A DNA stretch of 57,398 nucleotides. It comes from a bacterium. Lineage in GTDB: Bacteria > SZUA-182 > DTGQ01. Positions within the stretch are counted from its first letter, which is position 1, and each line of letters starts with the position of its first letter. The stretch is from NCBI GenBank assembly GCA_040752695.1, contig JBFMGO010000026.1, positions 1 to 57,398 on the forward strand. The letters are read 5' to 3'. Under the pieces are notes generated by a model. The model ran no database searches and was not told the DNA's origin. It saw only the letters and a program-made list of their open reading frames with translations. Shown here piece by piece: positions 18,492-26,532 of this stretch. Both the position numbers and the translations under genes were made by a program.

Positions 18492-21254
18492 TTAACAGAT
18501 ATCGATAGGGTCCCATATCCGGTTGGAGATATCAGCGTAGAGACCTTCACGGATGATTTTGGGATACTCTGTTGCCGTGTCTATCAATCCGCCGCAGAGT
18601 AATTCCAGCACCTGGGCTGGATCCACGTTCTGTTGCCCTGCTGATAAAAGCATTCGCAAGTCTTTGTAATTCCCCTGAGTGGAAGTTGCCGGAAAAGTGA
18701 TATCGAAGATAAGAGGCCGGATATTGATCCGTTTCATGGGTACTGGATCTATTTCCCTTTCGCTGGTCTTTTTGCTCTTTTGAATCCATAGTTCCTCATT
18801 GGCTAAAAACCGGGCAATATGCTCCTTTTGATCGAAGTTTTCGCAGCCCTGAAAGGCCCGCAGAGGGATATGGATGAGATAGACGGCCCGATTGATCATT
18901 CTCGAAAGGGATCGCACCTGCGGCGGAATACGTTTGCCTTGCAGCATCTTTATTCCTTCGGGCAATTGCTCGTTGATCCGGGCCAGAAATTCCTCCGTCT
19001 CAATGGGCCTGTGGAAAGCGAAATCGGCGTATTCCGCCAGTCCCTCCATTCCCACTGGTAAAGGGAGGCCGAAGGAGACCTGAGGGTGCGGATGAAACCC
19101 CTGGCTGAAGGCAATAGGCAGATCCGCTCTTCGGATTGCCCGGAAAAGTACACGCATCAGATCGAGGTGAGACATATAAACGGCAAGGCCGGTTTTTTGG
19201 AATTTTCCTCGTATCTGGCAGGTTTTCTGCCCGATGGCAGCCAGCCCCTTAACAGGCTGCTCGACGAAAAGATGCGGCCTTATTGCCGGCTTTTCCCCCT
19301 GCTCCCTCTGGTCCATGGAGGAAGGTGGCAGAGGGGAGGAAGGTGTCAAGGGGGAAGGAGGCGGCAGGGGCGGAATTTCAATCCGCTGGCTCTTACAGGC
19401 GCCGCAGCCATGACAGGAGGAGATAGACCGGCAATCCGGCGTCAGCGTTCCTTCCATGGCTCTTCTTGCCTCCTTGGCCAGGAACGAGGGCAAAAGCCCT
19501 GAGCAAAGATGCTCCCAGGGCAGGATTTCTTTTTCACCGATGGATCTGTGGGCGTAGAAATCCATGGATATATCGCATTCGGCAAAGGCTTTTTCCCAGA
19601 GGCTGAAATCGAACTGCTCGCTCCACTGGTCGAACCGGGAGCCCAGTTCGAAGGCCCGGACCAGCACCCGGCCCAGGCGGCGATCTGCGCGCGCGAGCGC
19701 CCCTTCGAGGCAGCTCACCTGAGGCTCTCTGCACTTCACTTTGAAGGCACGGCTGTTTAACTGCCGTGAGATGATTTTTTCTTTTTCCCACAGCGTTTCG
19801 ATCGACTCTTGCGGCATTCGCTGGAACGGCGTATGAGGCTTGGGTACAAATGGCGAGATGGTCAGGTTGACATTGATCCTGCGCCTGGTGTTTCCTTTTC
19901 TTCCCAGTCTCAGGATTTCCCGGCAAATGTGTACGATTCCATCGAGATCTTCGGGGCCCTCGGTCGGAAGGCCGATCATGAAGTACAGCTTCAACAGGTC
20001 CCATCCATGTTCGAAGATCTGCCGGGCTGTGGAAAAGATATCCTCTTCGGTGATCCCCTTATTGATAACATCGCGCAGCCTCTGGGTGCCGGCCTCAGGA
20101 GCGATGGTAAAGCCGGTTTTGCGGACCTCTTTCATCGAGGAAATAAGTGAAGAGGTGAGTGTCCCCGGCCTCAGTGATGGAAGTGACAAAGCCATGGTGT
20201 GGGCTTTACAGTCGTGGCGCAAAATGTTGACCAGCTCTTCAAGGTGGCTGTAATCGCTGGATGAGAGTGACACGAGGGAGAGTTCTTCATACCCCGTATG
20301 CCGGATGGACTCTTCGGCCAGGGCCTTTAGGGTTTCCGGTGACCGCTCGCGAACCGGCCGGTACAGGAATCCTGCCTGACAAAAACGGCATCCCCGGCTG
20401 CACCCTCTTGCAATCTCAACGGCAAAGCGGTCATGGACCACCTCGACGGAGGGCACTACCCACCTGGTAGGATAAAATGCCCGGTCAAGATCCTGGACGA
20501 TTCTTTTTTCAATGCGGGGAACCGCCGCAGTTCCGTCAAGAATCGCCGCAGTTCCGTCAATGTCGCCATTTCCATTTGGCCTGGATGTCCGTGCCGTGGG
20601 AGTGATCGACCGGATCGTTCCATCGGGGAAATACTCCACCTTATAATGAGAGGGGACATAGACACCACGCAGTCCGGCTAGCGTGTTGAGTAAATGCTCT
20701 CTGGACCAACCCTCCTCTTTGGCGAGCATGGCAAGATCGGCAATTTCCAGGATCACCTCTTCACCGTCTCCCAGCACGAAAAGGTCGAAAAATTCCGCCA
20801 GGGGCTCCGGGTTGAAAGCTCCGGGCCCGCCGCCGATGATCAGGGGATAAGATGCATCTCTTTCCGAGGCAGAAAAGGGTATCCCTGCCAGATTGAGCAT
20901 AGTTAAGATATTGGTGTAACAGAGTTCATATGGCAGGGTAAACCCGATCGCATCGAACTGCCGCACCGGCCTTCCCGATTCCAGAGCGTAGAGGGAAATA
21001 TTCTCATCCCGCATTTTCTGCTCTGCATCAGGCCAGGGGTTGAATACCCGCTCGGCGAGCATATCCGCCCGGCTGTTGAGGATTCCGTACAAAATCCTGA
21101 GTGCCAGGTTTGACATGCCTACTTCGTAGAGATCGGGGTAGGCCAGGGCCATGCGAAACCGGGCCTGGTCCCAGTCCTTGTGAACGGCATTCAACTCGCT
21201 TCCCAGGTAGCGGGCAGGTTTTGAAACTTGAAGCAAATAATTCAAAAAATCCAT
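18492..21254 (-). CDS. TIGR03960-type B12-binding radical SAM protein fused to a C-terminal DUF2344-like domain
   Basis: KPARYLGSE, YPDLYEVGMS, RGCSRGCRFC, TIAPEAG; C-terminal SHLDLMR...SQGFHPHP. Confidence 0.9.
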   Translation of the reverse strand: MDFLNYLLQVSKPARYLGSELNAVHKDWDQARFRMALAYPDLYEVGMSNLALRILYGILNSRADMLAERVFNPWPDAEQKMRDENISLYALESGRPVRQFDAIGFTLPYELCYTNILTMLNLAGIPFSASERDASYPLIIGGGPGAFNPEPLAEFFDLFVLGDGEEVILEIADLAMLAKEEGWSREHLLNTLAGLRGVYVPSHYKVEYFPDGTIRSITPTARTSRPNGNGDIDGTAAILDGTAAVPRIEKRIVQDLDRAFYPTRWVVPSVEVVHDRFAVEIARGCSRGCRFCQAGFLYRPVRERSPETLKALAEESIRHTGYEELSLVSLSSSDYSHLEELVNILRHDCKAHTMALSLPSLRPGTLTSSLISSMKEVRKTGFTIAPEAGTQRLRDVINKGITEEDIFSTARQIFEHGWDLLKLYFMIGLPTEGPEDLDGIVHICREILRLGRKGNTRRRINVNLTISPFVPKPHTPFQRMPQESIETLWEKEKIISRQLNSRAFKVKCREPQVSCLEGALARADRRLGRVLVRAFELGSRFDQWSEQFDFSLWEKAFAECDISMDFYAHRSIGEKEILPWEHLCSGLLPSFLAKEARRAMEGTLTPDCRSISSCHGCGACKSQRIEIPPLPPPSPLTPSSPLPPSSMDQREQGEKPAIRPHLFVEQPVKGLAAIGQKTCQIRGKFQKTGLAVYMSHLDLMRVLFRAIRRADLPIAFSQGFHPHPQVSFGLPLPVGMEGLAEYADFAFHRPIETEEFLARINEQLPEGIKMLQGKRIPPQVRSLSRMINRAVYLIHIPLRAFQGCENFDQKEHIARFLANEELWIQKSKKTSEREIDPVPMKRINIRPLIFDITFPATSTQGNYKDLRMLLSAGQQNVDPAQVLELLCGGLIDTATEYPKIIREGLYADISNRIWDPIDIC

Positions 21255-21408
21255 AGGTTATCACTTCCCAAAATCCATGGGTAATCATTTCCCATAGGCG
21301 GTACTTTCCCATAGGCGGTACTTTCCCATAGACTGTAATTTCCCAGAGGTTATCATTTCCCTTAGACGTGTAATTTCCCTCAGGCTGTCATTTCAGGCTG
21401 TCATTTCC
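21246..21408. repeat. Degenerate 17-bp tandem array filling the intergenic space (about 9 units)
   Basis: ATAGGCGGTACTTTCCC twice exactly, plus variants (ATAGACTGTAATTTCCC, AGAGGTTATCATTTCCC, etc.); two units carry AAAATCCAT, the gene start. Confidence 0.85.
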
Positions 21409-21416
21409 TTTTCCGG

Positions 21417-22493
21417 CTATGATTTTGCCTGAGAATGTTCCTGTCGGGGATGGTAGATACACAGAGGCTCTTCAGCCAGGTAATCCCCTGACATTTGATA
21501 GGCACGCGCCCGGCACCCGCCGCAGATCCAGCGGTATTCACAGCGGCCGCACTTGCCCTTTAATTTATCCGGATCCCGCAGGTCATGGAAAAGGGGCGAA
21601 TCGGCCCAAATCCGGCCAAGGCGCTCATCCCGGATATTTCCGGCAACGATAGGCAAATAGCCGCAGGGACATACATCCCCTTTATACGAGACAAAGCAAA
21701 ATCCTGTCCCCCCAAGACATCCCCGGCTGTAGGATGACAGCCCGTGGTGTGAATGAGAGACCGGCAATTTGCCGGATAGCTGATGGACAATGCGATAGTA
21801 ATGGGGAGCGCAGGTCGCTTTGACCTGAATGGGATACTGCTGCCCGAACTCATGAAACCAGCGCAGCACCTTTTCATAGGCCGCTGCCGATATTTCATCT
21901 CCCTCTAAATTTTTACCCCTGCCCGTGGGAACCAGCAAAAAAATATGCAGTGCCTGAGCCCTGAGTTTCATGGCTAATTCGGCAATGTCTTCGATTTCAT
22001 CAAGATTCCTTTGGGTAATGGTGGTATTGATCTGAAAAGGCAGGTCCACCCTTCTCATCTCTTCAATCCCATCCATAGCCCCCTGAAAAGCCCCCGGAAG
22101 CCCCCTGAAACTGTCATGACTTTCCTCGCTGGCACCGTCAAGACTGATACTGACTCTCTGGACCCCGATTTTTTTCAATGTCCTGGCCCTGTCCCGGTCA
22201 ACCAGTGTTCCGTTGGTTGCCAGAACCGCCCGAAGCCCCTGGTGCGATGCGTAGTCGATCACCTCAAAGGAATCCTCCCGACTCAATGGCTCTCCGCCAC
22301 TGAAAATCAAGACCGGCGTACTTTGAAAGTCCTTCAGGCTGTCGACAAAAGATCTGCTTTCCGAAAGACTCAATTCCTCACTCGATGCCTCATGGGTGGC
22401 AGACCCACGACAGTGAATACAGTTGAGATTGCATTTCTGGGTAAACTCCCAGGCAATAAGCCGCAAAGTACAATCAATTGTTCGATTTAACAT
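21417..22493 (-). CDS. ahbD: Radical SAM/SPASM protein, heme b synthase AhbD (NirJ-like) family
   Basis: LRLIAWEFTQKCNLNCIHCRG, FLLVPTGRG, KATCAPHYYRI, SPASM CLGG...CPC...CGRC...CGGCRAR; start at ATG 22493. Confidence 0.75.
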   Translation of the reverse strand: MLNRTIDCTLRLIAWEFTQKCNLNCIHCRGSATHEASSEELSLSESRSFVDSLKDFQSTPVLIFSGGEPLSREDSFEVIDYASHQGLRAVLATNGTLVDRDRARTLKKIGVQRVSISLDGASEESHDSFRGLPGAFQGAMDGIEEMRRVDLPFQINTTITQRNLDEIEDIAELAMKLRAQALHIFLLVPTGRGKNLEGDEISAAAYEKVLRWFHEFGQQYPIQVKATCAPHYYRIVHQLSGKLPVSHSHHGLSSYSRGCLGGTGFCFVSYKGDVCPCGYLPIVAGNIRDERLGRIWADSPLFHDLRDPDKLKGKCGRCEYRWICGGCRARAYQMSGDYLAEEPLCIYHPRQEHSQAKS

Positions 22494-22721
22494 TTTTCGT
22501 TTCCCCGAATGATAGTGTTTGTTTCTGGGTACTTCGTAGAAAAACATGCTTATAATATCATCAAATTGCTTTCCAGGCAATGTATTCGTATCCCTCTTTT
22601 AATAAACAGAAGCGTAAGGATTGAGCTTTTTTTTCGTCTAAACGTCTATAGAAGATAATTTATGGTTATCCAAATAAGGATCTGTCACTATTTCTTCAGA
22701 TTTCTCCACGAGTTAACTCTA

Positions 22722-22778
22722 TAACGCTATCTCATATCGTTAACGCTATCTTGTATCGTTCATTCTATCTCATACGGT
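22722..22778. repeat. 19-bp tandem repeat x3
   Basis: TAACGCTATCTCATATCGT / TAACGCTATCTTGTATCGT / TCATTCTATCTCATACGGT. Confidence 0.8.
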
Positions 22779-22848
22779 TTATCTCTTCTTACCTCGATCT
22801 GCATGCATCTGTTTGTCAAATCCATTCTCATTCGGATTTGCAAAGGAG

Positions 22849-22911
22849 ATTATCCAGATATGCAAAGACATTGTCCAGATAGGCAGAGAAATTGTTCAGA
22901 TATGCAGAGAA
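22849..22911. repeat. 21-bp tandem repeat x3
   Basis: ATTATCCAGATATGCAAAGAC / ATTGTCCAGATAGGCAGAGAA / ATTGTTCAGATATGCAGAGAA. Confidence 0.8.
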
Positions 22912-23282
22912 AGGATGTGAAAAGGTCTTTTCACGCTCACTCACTTGATCACCTTTTTCCCTCCTGTTTTCACCGGCAAACCGTAACAAATAATCAGGCA
23001 GTCCCGCAAGTTCAGGCAGGTTCGCACAAAAAAAGAGTGCGTCCTGGCCTTTTAACTTTTTCCTCCATTGCGGCAGAGAGGAAATGAAAGGAGAGGATGG
23101 ATTATCTGCTATACGATCTTGAGAAGGGGGGTGAGATCGATAGTAAAATAATTTTGTGCTCTTTTATGAAGGGCCTCCTTTCGGGAAAGAGCCCTTCAGG
23201 TAGAGTCCTCATCCTGACAGCAGTCAGAGAATTAAAGGTGTAAGCATCAGTTAACCCTAAGTGAAGGTTCAGGAGGTACAAA

Positions 23283-24299
23283 ATGAAAGATAAAAAACAT
23301 GTTCTCAAAAGATTGGCAAAAGCTCTTGGTCTGTCCCTGTCGTTAGCAGCTATGGTCTTATGCGCTCACACTCCTTCAGCCCTTGGTATGGGCGGTGGCG
23401 GCGGCGGAGGCGGCGGCGGTATGGCCGGCGGTGTAATGGGCGGTGCGAGTGGCTTTGGCGTCGGCTATGGCAGTGGCTATAGCGGCATTGGCATGGGCGG
23501 TACCGGCGGCCTGATGGGCAGCATGAGCGTGATCGGCAGCATGGCCGGCATGAGCGGCATAACCGCTATGAGCAGTATGGTAGGTACCGGTGGCTATGGC
23601 ATGGGTCCCACCATGGGTGGATATAGCTCAGGATACGGATACGGGAATGGATATGTCATGCCTGTTACTGCGCCCGTCAGTACGGTCGGCACCAATACGG
23701 CAGCCATGTTTGGCTTGACACCAGGGTATACAAGCAGCGTTACCGTGATGCCCGCGTATAATCAAAGTAATGCGTTCAGCAATAACTATGGCTTAAACTA
23801 CGGCTTAAACTATGGCAACAACTATGGCTACAATTATGGCTACAACTATGGCAACACCTACAGCATGCTGAATACAGGCTATACCGGCAGCGGTTACGAT
23901 ATGAGCGGCAGCATGATGTCCGGCATGGGCGATGACGAGGGAACCCGTCACGATCAGGGAAGTATGGGAAATATGGGAAGTATGATGGATTCGAGATCTA
24001 CGGGCTGGATGATCACCTCGCCGTTCACCACGACTCCTACTGCTACTATGGTTACTCCCAATGGTACAGTCGTCACGTCTACTGCGGGCAGTTCCGTGAT
24101 GCCCCTCCCCAACGCCATCGATTCCAGCGGAGTTGTAGGCTTTATGAATGGACTGGGTACCAGCAATCCCACCTTTACTCCGCGAGGCAGTGCTGCCGCG
24201 ACCAGCCTGAATGGCCCTGCTTATGGTAATTACGGAACCTTTACCCCGTATGCCTGGGAAAACCAATACGGCCTGACCTACTATGGCAGCCCGTGGTAA
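23283..24299 (+). CDS. Secreted Gly/Ser/Met/Tyr/Thr-rich low-complexity protein
   Basis: AGGAGG SD; basic N-region plus hydrophobic signal peptide; poly-Gly, (NYGx)n repeats; own terminator. Confidence 0.75.
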   Translation: MKDKKHVLKRLAKALGLSLSLAAMVLCAHTPSALGMGGGGGGGGGGMAGGVMGGASGFGVGYGSGYSGIGMGGTGGLMGSMSVIGSMAGMSGITAMSSMVGTGGYGMGPTMGGYSSGYGYGNGYVMPVTAPVSTVGTNTAAMFGLTPGYTSSVTVMPAYNQSNAFSNNYGLNYGLNYGNNYGYNYGYNYGNTYSMLNTGYTGSGYDMSGSMMSGMGDDEGTRHDQGSMGNMGSMMDSRSTGWMITSPFTTTPTATMVTPNGTVVTSTAGSSVMPLPNAIDSSGVVGFMNGLGTSNPTFTPRGSAAATSLNGPAYGNYGTFTPYAWENQYGLTYYGSPW

Positions 24300-24360
24300 G
24301 GCAAGAGATGATACTTCGCTCTTTTTCATGCTCGCCATGAGGAGAAAGAAGAAGATACAA

Positions 24361-24399
24361 AAAACCTGCCCAAGATGTCATTGGGCGGGTTTTTCTTTT
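24361..24399 (+). terminator. Intrinsic terminator
   Basis: AAAACCTGCCCAA-gatgtca-TTGGGCGGGTTTT followed by TCTTT. Confidence 0.75.
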
Positions 24400-24538
24400 A
24401 GGCGCTTAACGAGTCCACATAGTATCTTCGTTCTGAATTTCGCGTTTTTTTTGGGCAGAAAATTCGAGAACCTCTTTGGTTCCGGCTTGTCCGGGTTAGG
24501 TTTCTTCAAATGAACCTTTGATTGGTTTATTGTCTCCA

Positions 24539-24688
24539 TTATTCACAAAGAGAATCAACATAATCTTTGGATACTTTTAATCCCTTCCCTGCCAATTCCA
24601 ATGCCCTTTTAAATGCTTCAATGTTTTTTCCTTGAAGAATAAGGGAACGTATCTCATCTTCTATTCCCAAAAGGATCAGATTTCCCAC
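24539..24688 (-). CDS. Small ORF or remnant with ribosomal L7/L12 C-terminal-like motif (not in ORF track)
   Basis: Translates (GTG) GNLILLGIEDEIRSLILQGKNIEAFKRALELAGKGLKVSKDYVDSLCE*, resembling KIxAIKxxRxxxGxGLKEAKxxVD. Confidence 0.45.
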   Translation of the reverse strand: MGNLILLGIEDEIRSLILQGKNIEAFKRALELAGKGLKVSKDYVDSLCE

Positions 24689-24929
24689 AATTAAAAAGGA
24701 GAATACGGTAAAATTGATTTACGTGCAAGAAATATGTTGAGTTACGGGATCGAACGAATATTGAAAGCCGAGATCTTCCCTATTCCAATACCAGAAATGA
24801 CAACTGACAATTTTCGTGGTAATTTTAAAAATTAGTAATTTATTTAGATTTTTCCCGAATTTGATATTATAATCGATAGACATCAATAGTCAAAACTTCC
24901 CCAATGCTTCAAAGGAAGGGGTACTCTAA

Positions 24930-25366
24930 ATGATTATCAATGAGCAAGATAAAAGAATAGCCAAAATCCTTGGGGTAGAAATATCAGAAGATAGCGATAT
25001 TAAGGCATTATTCGTTACGGAAGAAGCACATGAAAAATATCTCCAATATCTTAAAGACAATATTGAGTCTCCATGCCAGCTCACAGGTATTGAAGATTTC
25101 AAGTGGGAAGATTATTATGTTTTCGGTCCGGGGATGAAAAAGAATATGAGCGATTGAAAAAAACGAGACCTTCACATACGGACATATTTAAATTACTCAA
25201 CTTTGAAGATGAGATTGATTCAGATTATGGGATTATGGTCAAGGTTAAACGAGCATCTGACAGGAAACAGTTTACTCTTCCATTGACAAAATTAAAAGCA
25301 CCGGATAAAAAATCTAAAAATTACCAATTGCTTAATGATTATTCAGTATGGTTTGTGAATTTTTGA
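24930..25366 (+). pseudogene. Frameshifted CcbP-like (calcium-binding family) gene
   Basis: ORFs 24930-25157 and 25103-25366 join into one protein (LTGIEDFKWEDYYVFGPG|DEKEYERLKKTRPS...LLNDYSVWFVN) with a -1 shift near 25130-25142. Confidence 0.65.
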
Positions 25367-25395
25367 ATAGAGGCTAATAAATCTTGGAGGGGAGA

Positions 25396-25764
25396 ATGGA
25401 ACGTATAGAAAAAGATAAAGACAGAGAATACCGCATTGAAATGGAAGTGGTCGTTGACGCATACGACGAAGAAGAGCGGTCTATGGGATGGTACTATTAT
25501 CTGGACGATAAGATTCATTTTCCATTTAAGGCAAAATGTATCCAGGAAAAGCGTACCTCACCTTTAAAACAAGAAGAAGAGGTTGAGGTAACAGGCATGG
25601 CACCGGAAGATGAATGTGAACATGATATGCTGGTTGAAATTCAGTGGCAAGGGCGAAACTTAGCCATCCCGTTATCTCAAATAGAAGGGATTTCCGTGGA
25701 CGATGAGACGAAAGAAGCAATCGAGGATTGGCATTATTGGGTGAATATGGGATATGAGTTTTAG
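25396..25764 (+). CDS. CcbP-like calcium-binding family protein
   Basis: EVVVDAYDEEERSMGWYYYLDDKIHFPFKAKC...EAIEDWHYW; GGAGG SD. Confidence 0.75.
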   Translation: MERIEKDKDREYRIEMEVVVDAYDEEERSMGWYYYLDDKIHFPFKAKCIQEKRTSPLKQEEEVEVTGMAPEDECEHDMLVEIQWQGRNLAIPLSQIEGISVDDETKEAIEDWHYWVNMGYEF

Positions 25765-25829
25765 TATATTTGGGAAAAGCTGATAGGATATATTGGTATG
25801 GAATCGATAATCCTAATCAAATTTAAGAT

Positions 25830-26327
25830 ATGAATCATCTGATACTTAAACCATTGACTGCCCATAAATCAGGAATCATTTTTAATCTTCTCAAAGAATC
25901 CTACAGTGGATTAGCTAAAATAAAACCTGGATATATCTCCGAATGGGAGAAAGATTGGATAGAGTATGATAATGAGATCTTCCAACATCCAGACACTGTA
26001 GGAGCATGTGGATTTATCAGCTATTTGGATACTGAAATTGTGGGTTTTGCTTCCTACGACCCAAGAAAATATCCAACTGGGATAATTGGCCATAATTGTA
26101 TTCTGCCTCAATTCCGTGGTAATGGATATGGCAAACAGCAAATAAATGAGATTTTGAGAAGATTTCGGGAGATGAATTTTGAGAAGGTAATGGTATCTAC
26201 AAATGAGCATGAATTCTTTTATCCTGCCCAGAGGATGTATCTTGCCTGCGGATTTAGTGAGAAGAGAAGATTTCATGGAGGGGAAAATAGAGATTATGTG
26301 ATGATTGAGTATGAGCGGATGCTGTAA
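25830..26327 (+). CDS. GNAT-family N-acetyltransferase
   Basis: CILPQFRGNGYGK acetyl-CoA motif A; AQRMYLACGF motif B. Confidence 0.88.
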   Translation: MNHLILKPLTAHKSGIIFNLLKESYSGLAKIKPGYISEWEKDWIEYDNEIFQHPDTVGACGFISYLDTEIVGFASYDPRKYPTGIIGHNCILPQFRGNGYGKQQINEILRRFREMNFEKVMVSTNEHEFFYPAQRMYLACGFSEKRRFHGGENRDYVMIEYERML

Positions 26328-26532
26328 AGGTTATGGATAATGGCTATTTTTTAAAACATCTTCCTCTTTGCTTTTCTACCTTGAAACATACTATAATAGT
26401 AGCAAATTTATCAGTATTCTCTTTGTAAACGAATACTTTACTCCTTAACTCAAGAATATATCATTTTTCTGTCTCTTAGGTATATATATATACTGATGAA
26501 AAATTATGTGGGTTATCTCCTGGATAGCAAAG

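Noticed and set aside
22970..23050. c-di-GMP-I riboswitch (GGCAAACC start)
   Set aside because: Lacks the GAAA-tetraloop P2 stem and the GACGCAAAGC continuation
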